Shown here: positions 37,212-46,330 of the stretch, in pieces
Numbering within the stretch: position 1 is the stretch's first letter
Layout of the letters: the number at the start of each line of letters is the position of its first letter
Source: Chloroflexota bacterium
GTDB taxonomy: Bacteria; Chloroflexota; UBA11872
NCBI GenBank assembly: GCA_965219705.1
Contig: OZ244789.1
Span: 1,526,718-1,590,717 of the forward strand
DNA length: 64,000 nt
Reading direction: 5' to 3'
Notes under the pieces: generated by a model
What the model was told of the DNA's origin: nothing
The model's database searches: none
Seen by the model: only the letters and a program-made list of their open reading frames with translations
Made by a program: the position numbers and the translations under genes

Positions 37212-39851
37212 TCAGGCGGCCTCGCAGAGCGGCAGGCGGAGCTTAGCAATGTCCCGTTCCGCGACATAGTGCAAGCCATTGGGGACGCACCCTACGAATT
37301 GATTGCCAATGACTCTCACTTCTTCCAAGTTGGCGAGGAACCCTAGTTCGAGCGGGATCTTCCCGGTTAGCTGATTGAATTCGAGCGACAACCGTTCCAG
37401 GTTGCGGAGGCGGCCCAGTTCGGCCGGGATTTCGCCTCCCAACTGGTTTGCACTGAGATCCAACACTCGAAGTTCGGAGAGGTTGCCGAGCGCGAGCGGA
37501 ATCTCCCCACTCAAGAGATTGTCTTCGAGCCACAGCAACCTGAGGGAGGCGAGGCGGCCCAATTCGTTTGGAATCGCTCCGTTCAGATGGTTCCGCTCGA
37601 GCGAAAGAAGCACCAGATTGGCGAGGCGGCCCAGCTCGGGCGGGATCGGACCCTCCAATTGATTCTCGTGGAGATCCAACCCCCTAAGGTTGGCGAGGTT
37701 GCCCAGCTCAGGCGGTATTGATCCAGTGAGCTGGTTGTAGTGGAGATCTAACTCCTCGAGATTGGCGAGCCGACCTAGTTCCGGCGGTATCCCCCCACTT
37801 AGATCATTGAACGTGAGCGACAGAAATCTCAGATTGGAGAGATTTCCCAGCTCGGGCGGAATCTCTCCACGCAACCGGCTCCCGTCGAGTTCCAGCCGAT
37901 CCAGATTGGCGAGCCGACCCAGCGCGGGCGGAATCGGTCCTTCCAGGTGATTGTCGCTGAATTCCAATGCTCTCAGATTGGCGAGGTTTCCCAGCTCGGA
38001 CGGTATCGGCCCGGCCAGCTTGTTGTGATAGAGATTCAACTCCTCGAGATAGGCGAGGCGTCCAATTTCTGACGGCAGCTCGCCTCTCAGTTGGTTTTCC
38101 CGGAGATTCAGCCCCGTGACCCGCCCGCAGTCGGTGGTAACGCCGTGCCAGGTGAAGAGTGGCGCCTCAGTAAGCCAGTTGCGGTTGTTCTTCCAGTTTG
38201 GCCCGTCGGAGGCGTGGTAGAGCGCGACCAGCGCGGCCTTGTCAGTCGCACTGTCGGCGACTCCGCAGAATGGAAGACCGAGTTCGCGGAGGTCACCGCG
38301 CCATTCAGTTTCGAGGTCGTTCCGCAGGAAAACTCCCCACGCCTCGGGGATGCACCCACTGATTAGATTGCGCCCGCCGAGGATCGGACTATTGCCGAGG
38401 TACAGATGTTCCAAGTTGGACAGTTTCCCCAATTCCGGCGGAATCTCCCCGCCTATCCGGTTATTGTCGAGCCACAGCACCTCGAGCTTGCCGAGGTTCC
38501 CCAGCTCGGACGGAATCTCCCCACTGAGTTGATTAACGCTGAGCCGCAGCGTCTTCAGGTTGGCGAGTGCCCCAAGTTCGGGGGGTATCTCCCCACTGAG
38601 CCGGTTGCGTTCGAGCCACAGTGATTCGAGGCTGTCGAGGTTCCCGAGGGCCGGCGGTATGTCCCCGGTAAGCTGGTTACCCTCGAGAAGCAGCGATTTC
38701 AGATTGGCGAGGCGGTCCAGATCCGGCGGTAGTGGTCCGCTCAATCGGTTGCCGCGAAGGTCAAGCACTTCCAGCTCGGCGAGGTTACTCAACTCCGGCG
38801 GTATCGTTCCCGTGAGCTTTTTTTGAACAAGCCTTAGCTCGACGACGCGACCACGGTACGTGGTGACTCCAGGCCACTTGAAGAGCGGCTCGTCGCTGAG
38901 CCAGTTGAATCTCCCGGTCCCGCCCGACCAGTTCGCACCATCGGTCGCGTGGTAGAGCGCGACGAGTGCGGCTCTGTCGATCGAACTGTCGCCGGCGCCG
39001 CAGAACGACAGACCGAGCTGGCGGAGATCGGTGTGCCAACTTGTATGTAGCTCGTCACTGCGCAGGACCGTAGCCAACTCCTCGGGAATGCAGCCCGTGA
39101 GTTGGTTGCTGCCGCCGAGCTCCAGCCTGTGCAGGTTGGAAAGGCGACCCAATTCGGTCGGGATCACTCCACGCAGGTGGTTGTCATGGAGCCACAGCAT
39201 TTCGAGATTGGAGAGGATGCCCAGTTCTGGCGGTATCTCCCCGCCAAGCCGATTGCCATTGAGGGACAACTCTTCCAATTTGCCAAGGCGGCCCAATTCG
39301 GGTGGGATCTCTCCACTCAGGATGTTGTCACTGAGCGACAGCCCTTTCAGATTGGAGAGATTCCCCAGTTCGGGTGGAATCTCCCCGGTCAACTGGTTGA
39401 ATCCGAGCGTCAGGTGCTCCAGATTGGAGAGGTTGCCAAACTCGGCTGGGATCGCTCCTCGCAACTGGTTCCGCCCGAGCGAAAGCCGAACGAGGTGGTC
39501 AAGACGGCTCAACTCGTGCGGAATCTCCCCCACGAGTGAGTTTTCCTCAAGCCTGAGGTCGCTCACGCGACCGCTGTCGTCGGTGGTCACGCCGTGCCAG
39601 GTGAAGACCGGCGCTTCGCTGAGCCAGTTTCGGTTGTTCGTCCAGGTGTGCCCGCGGGTCGCGCGATACAGGGCTACAAGTGCGGCCCGTTCGGCGGCGA
39701 GCGTCTCAACTGGGGCAGTCGTCGGCGCTGGCTCAGCGGTTTCAGGCGTTCCGGCAGGCGCGTCGCACGCGGCCGCCCCGAGCGCGAGCAAGAGTGCGAG
39801 CGCAATCAGGGACACCATGGACGTGCGCCACGTCGAACGCCCGGCTCTCAC
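37212..39851 (-). CDS. Lipoprotein with plant-type leucine-rich repeats in three capped modules
   Basis: 24-aa repeats NQL-GEIPPELGNL--L--L-L; three AALVALY-AT-G--W caps; LGAAAC lipobox. Confidence 0.95.
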   Translation of the reverse strand: MRAGRSTWRTSMVSLIALALLLALGAAACDAPAGTPETAEPAPTTAPVETLAAERAALVALYRATRGHTWTNNRNWLSEAPVFTWHGVTTDDSGRVSDLRLEENSLVGEIPHELSRLDHLVRLSLGRNQLRGAIPAEFGNLSNLEHLTLGFNQLTGEIPPELGNLSNLKGLSLSDNILSGEIPPELGRLGKLEELSLNGNRLGGEIPPELGILSNLEMLWLHDNHLRGVIPTELGRLSNLHRLELGGSNQLTGCIPEELATVLRSDELHTSWHTDLRQLGLSFCGAGDSSIDRAALVALYHATDGANWSGGTGRFNWLSDEPLFKWPGVTTYRGRVVELRLVQKKLTGTIPPELSNLAELEVLDLRGNRLSGPLPPDLDRLANLKSLLLEGNQLTGDIPPALGNLDSLESLWLERNRLSGEIPPELGALANLKTLRLSVNQLSGEIPSELGNLGKLEVLWLDNNRIGGEIPPELGKLSNLEHLYLGNSPILGGRNLISGCIPEAWGVFLRNDLETEWRGDLRELGLPFCGVADSATDKAALVALYHASDGPNWKNNRNWLTEAPLFTWHGVTTDCGRVTGLNLRENQLRGELPSEIGRLAYLEELNLYHNKLAGPIPSELGNLANLRALEFSDNHLEGPIPPALGRLANLDRLELDGSRLRGEIPPELGNLSNLRFLSLTFNDLSGGIPPELGRLANLEELDLHYNQLTGSIPPELGNLANLRGLDLHENQLEGPIPPELGRLANLVLLSLERNHLNGAIPNELGRLASLRLLWLEDNLLSGEIPLALGNLSELRVLDLSANQLGGEIPAELGRLRNLERLSLEFNQLTGKIPLELGFLANLEEVRVIGNQFVGCVPNGLHYVAERDIAKLRLPLCEAA

Positions 39852-39985
39852 GAGTCCGCCTCCAGCGTGCTCAGGACGTCGGCTGCTAGCTACTTCTACC
39901 GGATACTACGCGCGGTATCGTTGGATCGTTCCATGTCCGCGACCACCTTTGGGTCGGCTGGGTGTCCGCAGCGGCCTGACGCGGC

Positions 39986-40357
39986 CTACTCTCGAACGCG
40001 CTCGATGGTGACGGCGGCTTCGGCGAGGATGGAGCCGGCGATGGCTACGCTGGGCTTGGCGATGCGCACGCGCACGTGGGTCACGCGGGGGAACTCGGCC
40101 AGCACGCGCGCGGCGATGCGCTCGCCCAGCGATTCGAGCAGATTGCGCGGCGGGCCCAGCATCACGTCCTGCGCGACGGCGTAGAGCTCGCTGTAGTTCA
40201 CGGTATCGCTCACCCCGTCGGATTTTCCGGCGGCGCGCAGGTCGGCGTGCACCTCCATGTCAACCACGAACCGCTGCCCCAGGGTGCGCTCCTCGGCGCG
40301 CGCGCCGTGATAGGCGAAGAAGAGCATGCCGCGCAGGCTGATGAAGTCGCCGGTCAT
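39986..40357 (-). CDS. folB: Dihydroneopterin aldolase
   Basis: FAYHG, EERTLGQRFVVD, TVNY, LLE, KP. Confidence 0.95.
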   Translation of the reverse strand: MTGDFISLRGMLFFAYHGARAEERTLGQRFVVDMEVHADLRAAGKSDGVSDTVNYSELYAVAQDVMLGPPRNLLESLGERIAARVLAEFPRVTHVRVRIAKPSVAIAGSILAEAAVTIERVRE

Positions 40358-41121
40358 GACTTCCCACCTGTCCGTGTGCGAGCGATGTGGTGCAGGACGA
40401 TGGCGCCCGCGACCGCCACGTTCAGCGATCCGATGCCGCTGCGCAGCGGCACCCGCACCATCGCATCGCACGCCTGCCGCACGCTCGGCCGCATTCCACG
40501 CGCCTCGTTGCCCACGACGATGCAGCATGGCGCGTCGTAAGCCAGGTCGTCGAACGGCGTATCGGCGGCGGCGTCGAGCCCGATGATCCGCACGCCGTCG
40601 GACCGCAGATACTTCAGCTCCCGCGCGAGATTGGTCACGGTGACCACCGTCGAGCGCAGACTCGCACCGGCCGAGGCGCGAGCCAGCCCGCCTATCAGCG
40701 CCGCACTGCGCCGCACCGGCACGATGGCGCCGGCCCCGCCGCAGGCCTCGAGCGTGCGGAGCAGCGAGCCCAAGTTACCCACGTCCTCGACCTGATCGGC
40801 GGCCAGGATCAGGGGCGGTTGCGCGCGTCCCGCTTGGGGCTGCAGCAGGTCACGCACCCCGGCGCCCACAGTTGGGGTGACCGTGGCGACGACGCCCTGG
40901 TGGTTGCCGCCGAACGCCAGCGCGTCCAGCTCGCCTGGGTCCACGAAGGCCACCGGCACGCCGCCCGCGCCCGCGAGCTCGCGCAGCTCCGCCGTGGACT
41001 CGGCGGCGCTCCGGGCGACCAGCAGCCGCGTCAGCCGGTAGCCGGCGGCGAGCGCTTCGCGGACGGGGTGTCGGCCCCAGATGGCTCCGGCGCCGTGCCG
41101 GTCGAGGTCGTGCGCCGCCAA
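40354..41121 (-). CDS. rlmB: 23S rRNA (G2251-2'-O)-methyltransferase
   Basis: GRHPVREAL, HQGVVA, DVGNLGSLLR, GNEARG, SLNVAVA; TTG start inferred. Confidence 0.92.
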   Translation of the reverse strand: MAAHDLDRHGAGAIWGRHPVREALAAGYRLTRLLVARSAAESTAELRELAGAGGVPVAFVDPGELDALAFGGNHQGVVATVTPTVGAGVRDLLQPQAGRAQPPLILAADQVEDVGNLGSLLRTLEACGGAGAIVPVRRSAALIGGLARASAGASLRSTVVTVTNLARELKYLRSDGVRIIGLDAAADTPFDDLAYDAPCCIVVGNEARGMRPSVRQACDAMVRVPLRSGIGSLNVAVAGAIVLHHIARTRTGGKS

Positions 41122-42548
41122 ACCGTGCCCTCGGGGGTGTCTTCCAGGACCACGTCGAGGTCCGCGAGACGGTCGCGAATGCGGTCGGCCAGCTCCCACT
41201 GTCGCGCCTCCCGCACTGCGCTGCGAATCTCAACCAGCAGCTCAATGTACGGTGCGGCGGTCGCGGCGTCGGCCGCTGGATCGAGCGCGGCAAGGCCTCC
41301 CTGTAGTGCCGACTCGATGTACATCGCGGCCCCATCCCGCAACTCAACGCCAAGCACGCCCAGCAATTCCCGCAGGCATGCCTGGGCGTAGACCACGACG
41401 CTCGGCGACGCAATCGGCGCGGCGCGGTTGATGGACCGCCCAAGCTCGAACAGCGCGCCGATGGCGCGAGGGGCGTTGAAGTCGTCGTCCATGGCCGCCT
41501 CGAACTCGAGCCGGGCGCGGCGGCATGCGGCGACGAGCGTCTCCGTGTCGCCTGACGGCTTTCCGCCGCGGGCGCGCATGATGCCGTGCAGCCGCTCGTA
41601 GGCGGCTGCTGACGGCCGCAGGGCCTCCATGGAGAAGCCCATCGCCGTGCGGTAGTGCACCGACAGGAAATAGAGCCGCAGCACGTCCGGCTCCATGACC
41701 TCGAGCACCTCGGCCAGGGTCGTGTAGTTGTCCGCCGAGTGGGCCATCTTTTCGCCGTCGATCTGCAGCAGCCCCGTGTGCAGCCAGTGCTGCACGAATG
41801 GGGTTTGGCCGCTGCCGGCTTCCGCCTGCGCGATCTCGTTTTCGTGATGCGGAAAGATCAGGTCGGCGCCGCCGCCGTGGATGTCGATCTGGCTGCCAAA
41901 CGCCGTCTGGATCATGGTCGAGCACTCGATGTGCCAGCCGGGACGCCCGCGACCCCAGGGGCTGTCCCAGCCGATCTCGTCCGCCGGGGCCAGCTTCCAC
42001 AGCGCGAAGTCCCGCGGATCGCGCTTCTCCGGGTCCACCTCCACCCGCGCGCCGGCCTCGACGCCCACGTCCTCCGCACGTCCGGACAGCGAGCCGTATT
42101 CCGGGAAGGCGGGCACCGAGAAGTACACGCCCTGCGAGGTGGGATAGGCAAATCCGCGGTCGATGAGCTGCGCCACCGCCGCCACGATCTCCGCCATGGA
42201 GCCGCTCACCGTCGGGTATTCGTGGGCATGGCGCACCCGCAGGCGGTCGAGAACGTCAAAGTACGCCCGCGTCTGCGCTTCGGCGTAGGCCAGCGGGTCC
42301 TGTCCGGCGGCCCGCGCGCGGTCGATGATCTTGTCGTCGATGTCGGTGAAATTCTGGAGATGCCGGACCTCGTAGCCGCGGTACTCCAGATACCGCCGGA
42401 CCACGTCCATGTGGACGAACATGAAACCGTGCCCGACGTGGGGTGGGGCCTTGGGCGTCATGCCGCAGACGTAGATGCGCACCGGACCGTCGTGCGTGCG
42501 GAACGGGCGCTTCTCTCCCGTGCGCGTGTCCGAGATGTGGAGCGTCAC
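41031..42548 (-). CDS. cysS: Cysteine--tRNA ligase
   Basis: YVCG, HVGH, NFTDIDDKII, GRPGWHIECS, FPHHENE, KMAHS. Confidence 0.97.
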   Translation of the reverse strand: MTLHISDTRTGEKRPFRTHDGPVRIYVCGMTPKAPPHVGHGFMFVHMDVVRRYLEYRGYEVRHLQNFTDIDDKIIDRARAAGQDPLAYAEAQTRAYFDVLDRLRVRHAHEYPTVSGSMAEIVAAVAQLIDRGFAYPTSQGVYFSVPAFPEYGSLSGRAEDVGVEAGARVEVDPEKRDPRDFALWKLAPADEIGWDSPWGRGRPGWHIECSTMIQTAFGSQIDIHGGGADLIFPHHENEIAQAEAGSGQTPFVQHWLHTGLLQIDGEKMAHSADNYTTLAEVLEVMEPDVLRLYFLSVHYRTAMGFSMEALRPSAAAYERLHGIMRARGGKPSGDTETLVAACRRARLEFEAAMDDDFNAPRAIGALFELGRSINRAAPIASPSVVVYAQACLRELLGVLGVELRDGAAMYIESALQGGLAALDPAADAATAAPYIELLVEIRSAVREARQWELADRIRDRLADLDVVLEDTPEGTVWRRTTSTGTAPEPSGADTPSAKRSPPATG

Positions 42549-42581
42549 CGTGGATGACCGTGGGCGAGCCGGCGGCGAATT

Positions 42582-43070
42582 CTACCGATGGCGCCGCGCC
42601 AGAAGGACCACGGCGTGGCAGGCGATGGCGCGGCCTTCGCCCACGGCGTCCAGGCCCTCGTTGGACGCGGCCTTGACGCTTACGCGATCGACTCCGATAT
42701 CAAGGCTCTCGGCCACCCGCTGCTCGATGGCCGGCGCGTGCGGCGCAAGCTTCGGCCGCTCCAGCAGCACCGTGGCGTCGACGTTCAGCGGTTCCCAGCC
42801 GCCGGCGCGGGCCAACGCCGCCGTCTCGCGCGCGAACCGCGTGCTGTCGGCGCCGCGCAACGCGGGGTCGCTGTCCGGGTAGCGCCGGCCGATGTCGCCC
42901 GCCTTGAGCGCGCCCAGGATCGCGTCCACGATGGCGTGCAGCAGCACGTCGGCGTCCGAGTGCCCCACGGCCCCATGCTCCGACGGCACCCGCACGCCGC
43001 CGAGCATCAGCGGCCGGCCGCGCTCGAGCCGATGGATGTCGTAGCCCTGGCCCACGCGCAGCCCGGGCAC
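42582..43070 (-). CDS. ispF: 2-C-methyl-D-erythritol 2,4-cyclodiphosphate synthase
   Basis: RVGQGYDIH, GHSDADVLLHA, GDIG, VSVKA. Confidence 0.96.
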   Translation of the reverse strand: MPGLRVGQGYDIHRLERGRPLMLGGVRVPSEHGAVGHSDADVLLHAIVDAILGALKAGDIGRRYPDSDPALRGADSTRFARETAALARAGGWEPLNVDATVLLERPKLAPHAPAIEQRVAESLDIGVDRVSVKAASNEGLDAVGEGRAIACHAVVLLARRHR

Positions 43071-43093
43071 GGTCTCTGACGCCTCCGCCGTGC

Positions 43094-44002
43094 TTACCAG
43101 TAGTCCTCCGTGATGACTTGCGACTCGCGGCCGGTGGTGGGAAAGCCCTGGTTCGCGAGCACTTCCTTCACATCGCTGATCATGCCCGGATTGCCGCACA
43201 GGTACGCGGCGCCGTCCGCCACCGTCAGGCGCTCGCGCACTTGCTCACGGGTCTCGGCGGGCAGGTAGGGCGGCACTCGACCGATCGCGGGCTCGCCGCA
43301 GAGCTGCCGCAGCACGTCGTTGAGCCGTCCGCGGCCCATGTGCTCCTCGTACCCCGGGTCTTGGGTGGGACGGCTGATGACCGGCACGTAGAGCAACTCG
43401 AAGCCGACGTCGGCGGCCAGCGCCTCCAGCTCGGCCCGATAGCCCAACTGGTTGGCGTAGGACACCCCGTGCAGGATCGTGAGGCGCCGTGGGGGCGCTT
43501 GGCCGTTCCGCTGATAGTCATGCCAGTAGCCGCGCGCCATCGAGACGAACGGCGCGAGCCCCGTGCCGGTCGCCGCGCACACCAGATCGCGCTGCGTGGT
43601 CCGTGAGGGCACGAAGCGGCCGGCCGGGCGCGGCATATACAGCACCTCATCGCCCGGCGCGTGGCGCCAGAGCGCGCCGGTGAAGATGCCTTCGCGATTG
43701 CTGCCGTCCTCGTCCGCGTCGCGGACCAGGATGACGTAGAACTCGAGCGACTCGCGCTCGAGGGGCATCGACGCAATGGAGAACTGGCGCGGGCGGGGGT
43801 CGTCCGCCGGTTGGTCCCAAAACGCGAGTTGCGTGTACTGGCCGGCCTCGAATTCAGGGAACGGCTCACCGTCGGGGCGCTCGATGGTGAAGAGCGCGAG
43901 ATCCGGGTCTTCAAGCAGCTGCCACGAGGCCAGCCGCGCGCGCTCCATGCGCTCGCGGATGTCGCGGCGCCGGCGCCGTGGAGTGGCCGCGGCCTCGGTC
44001 AC
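43094..44002 (-). CDS. Ferredoxin--NADP+ reductase family protein
   Basis: FEAGQY, RQFSIAS, ATGTGLAPF, YLCGNPGMI, terminal EDYW. Confidence 0.9.
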   Translation of the reverse strand: MTEAAATPRRRRRDIRERMERARLASWQLLEDPDLALFTIERPDGEPFPEFEAGQYTQLAFWDQPADDPRPRQFSIASMPLERESLEFYVILVRDADEDGSNREGIFTGALWRHAPGDEVLYMPRPAGRFVPSRTTQRDLVCAATGTGLAPFVSMARGYWHDYQRNGQAPPRRLTILHGVSYANQLGYRAELEALAADVGFELLYVPVISRPTQDPGYEEHMGRGRLNDVLRQLCGEPAIGRVPPYLPAETREQVRERLTVADGAAYLCGNPGMISDVKEVLANQGFPTTGRESQVITEDYW

Positions 44003-44040
44003 TGCTGTTGAGCGTGCGCGGGCATGGCGTCAGGATAGCC
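43998..44040 (+). repeat. 43-bp direct repeat (1 mismatch) of 45595-45637, the ispD 3' end
   Basis: GTCACTGCTGTTGAGCGTGCGCGGGCATGGCGTCAG(G/A)ATAGCC. Confidence 0.95.
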
Positions 44041-44049
44041 CGCCCCCAT

Positions 44050-44146
44050 CCGTCATTCCCGCCCCAGTCCCATTCCCCCTGAGGGAAAGGCTAGAGCCTG
44101 CCCCGTACTCGATACGGGGATGCCGGGCCCCACCGTCATTCGAGTG
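44050..44146 (+). repeat. Nested REP fragments
   Basis: CGTCATTCCCG, TTCCCCCTGAGGGAA, hairpin CCCCGTA-CTCGA-TACGGGG (44101-44119), CGTCATTCGAG. Confidence 0.7.
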
Positions 44147-44194
44147 AATGCGGGAAGCCGCCGTCCCGACGGCAACACGGGCCGATAGCCTTCA

Positions 44195-44250
44195 TTGACA
44201 GCGGCATGCGCACGCAAATATAATTACATCTTATGTTTAGCGTACGCTAA
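44195..44250 (+). promoter_or_regulatory. Consensus sigma70 promoter with downstream palindromic operator
   Basis: TTGACA (44195)-18 bp-TATAAT (44219); perfect palindrome TTAGCGTACGCTAA at 44237-44250. Confidence 0.8.
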
Positions 44251-44297
44251 CGCCTAAAGCGCAATCGGCGGCTAAGCTGGCGACTCGGGAGGCACCG

Positions 44298-45320
44298 ATG
44301 AGCACCGACGACAAGTCGACCTCGTTCTTCAAGATGCTTGCTGGATGCGTACCGTCCGAAGAATACCTTCAACTCGTGGTATCGCGCGCCCTGGAATATC
44401 AACAACATTCGAAATCAAAACATCCTTCGCTGAAACGGCTGAGGACGGCGATCAACAACAGCGGGCTGGAGATTGAGGGTTGGCGCAGCAAGGCGGCAGC
44501 CAGCGCGCCAACGCCGCGCCTTGTCGCCCCCGTATCGGGACTTATGCCGCATTCCGACGACCTTGCCGAAGCGGTATTCAGCGTTTGGGCCGACTCTCAT
44601 GAAGGTTTGCGCATGATAGCCGCCGACTGTCTTGATATTTCCGGCCTGCCGTCTTCCGGTCCGGCGGACGACAATGACGGGATTCCTGCTATATGGGATC
44701 CGGTGATGTTGAACATCGAGGTCGAAGACGTCGTAAATATTCTTTACAGAGATGATATCTACCTCATGCTGTGTTTTCTGTCGGGATTTCTGCCCTATCA
44801 AGCCGACGATGACGCCGCTGACGATGAGGAGGCTAAAGCTGAAGAGGTCGCGTCAATTGAAGGCACGGTGTTCGCGGAGTGGATCAAGCACTTGCAGTCG
44901 CTTCCGGAAGACGCGCCGGAATGGGACCGGATTAAAGGATTCGAGCGGTCGCTTTCGGACATTATCCAAGCGAAGGATACCGAACACCTGCGGCTGGAAA
45001 TGGTCGACATCGACATCGAAGAAATCAAGACGCGTTTCTCGGAAGAGCTGGAATACCTGGAACGGAATATCGAGTCCTGGTCGGCGCCGAGGGTCCCACA
45101 TTCGCAGGTCGACCCAGTCTTTGATCTTGTCGGTCGCTTGCTGGAGTCGTTGGAGGAGTATCAACCGCTGCGCCAGCAATCCGCCAGCAGAGGCGAGGAG
45201 GAGGCGCGGCGCGCGCAACGGGACGAGTTGGAGCCGCGATTGCTGCGGCTGATTGACGACATCGAGGCGCGCATGACCGGCGGCGAGGTGCCGTCCACAG
45301 AGGCCGCTCCCGAGACCTAG
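44298..45320 (+). CDS. Hypothetical acidic protein (foreign, lower GC)
   Basis: 340-aa ORF with GGAGG RBS and its own promoter, opposite to the operon; no motif recognised. Confidence 0.8.
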   Translation: MSTDDKSTSFFKMLAGCVPSEEYLQLVVSRALEYQQHSKSKHPSLKRLRTAINNSGLEIEGWRSKAAASAPTPRLVAPVSGLMPHSDDLAEAVFSVWADSHEGLRMIAADCLDISGLPSSGPADDNDGIPAIWDPVMLNIEVEDVVNILYRDDIYLMLCFLSGFLPYQADDDAADDEEAKAEEVASIEGTVFAEWIKHLQSLPEDAPEWDRIKGFERSLSDIIQAKDTEHLRLEMVDIDIEEIKTRFSEELEYLERNIESWSAPRVPHSQVDPVFDLVGRLLESLEEYQPLRQQSASRGEEEARRAQRDELEPRLLRLIDDIEARMTGGEVPSTEAAPET

Positions 45321-45486
45321 CCGGAACGTAAGCAGCCCACCAAGTCGAAGCCAAAACGTGCTAAATCGCGCGTGTTCGCCGCGCCAAAGGCTGAGACCAG
45401 CGGCAAATCAAACGTGTCGCTTCACCGCAAGGCAAGTGAAATGAGTGCGAGCGGCCGTCGTGGACCTGCGGGACCCCGCCTAAATG

Positions 45487-45535
45487 TGTTCACCATGTCT
45501 CCGAACACCTGTTCACCCTCTATCCGGTCTGGACA
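45487..45535 (+). mobile_element. IS481-like terminal relic
   Basis: Tandem ~23-bp units TGTTCACCATGTCTCCGAACACC / TGTTCACCCTCTATCCGGTCTGGACA ending in ACA, followed by GGGGAGAGGG. Confidence 0.6.
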
Positions 45536-45595
45536 CCTGCGGGGAGAGGGGGCCCGGATCTGTGGCGGGGGAGGGTGCTCGATCGGCGTCGCCCG

Positions 45596-46330
45596 TCACT
45601 GCTGTTGAGCGTGCGCGGGCATGGCGTCAGAATAGCCGGGACCCGCCGCCACTCGGGTCTGCGCGGCGCTCAGGTCCGCGGGCCGCGTGATCTTGATGTT
45701 GCCGGCGTCGGACTCGAAAACGTGGACGGGCACGCCCTCGTGCTCCAGCAGCGCGACGTCGTCGGTGAAGACCGCCAGGCGGTCGCGGTTGCGCCGGTGG
45801 GCCTGCAGCAGGGCGTCCAGGCGTCCGGTCTGGGGGGTCTGGGCCAGCCACACGTGCTCGCGCGGCAGCGTGCGCTCCACGCGGCCGGCGGGCGTCACGA
45901 GCTTCACCGTGTCGACGGACGGGACGGCGGCCACGGCCGCGCCGTGCGCCCGCGCCGCCTCGATTCCGCGCGCGATGATGGCCGGGGTCACGAACGGACG
46001 CGCCCCGTCGTGGACGGCCACCAGCGCCGCGCCGCCGTCGGCGAGCGTCTCAAGTCCGCAGAGGACCGACTCGGCGCGCGACGCGCCGCCCAGCACTACG
46101 CGCGCAACTTTAGTCAGTCGCGCCGCGCGAATGACCGCGACGATCTGGTCGCGGTTGGCCGGGCTTGTCGTCACCACCACATTGCGAATCTCGGGCGCGC
46201 GCTCGAAGGCCCGAAGGCTCCAGACGATCAGGGGCGCGTCGCCCAGCTGCGCCAGCAGCTTGTCCTGTCCGCCCATGCGAGTCGCGCCGCCGGCGGCCAG
46301 CACCACCGCGTCCACGGGGCCGGCGGTCAT
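45596..46330 (-). CDS. ispD: 2-C-methyl-D-erythritol 4-phosphate cytidylyltransferase
   Basis: LAAGGATRMG, HDGARPF, AQTPQ, TDD, NIKIT. Confidence 0.96.
   Translation of the reverse strand: MTAGPVDAVVLAAGGATRMGGQDKLLAQLGDAPLIVWSLRAFERAPEIRNVVVTTSPANRDQIVAVIRAARLTKVARVVLGGASRAESVLCGLETLADGGAALVAVHDGARPFVTPAIIARGIEAARAHGAAVAAVPSVDTVKLVTPAGRVERTLPREHVWLAQTPQTGRLDALLQAHRRNRDRLAVFTDDVALLEHEGVPVHVFESDAGNIKITRPADLSAAQTRVAAGPGYSDAMPAHAQQQ

Noticed and set aside
37300-39560. 72-bp periodicity resembling an array
   Set aside because: Fully explained by LRR coding repeats.
39960-39990. Possible duplicated gene end flanking the LRR gene (GACGCGGC shared with about 37185)
   Set aside because: Only about 8 bp in GC-rich DNA, consistent with chance.
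41031-41121. 91-bp cysS/rlmB overlap
   Set aside because: Most simply a drifted stop codon giving a low-complexity tail; no recoding signal seen.
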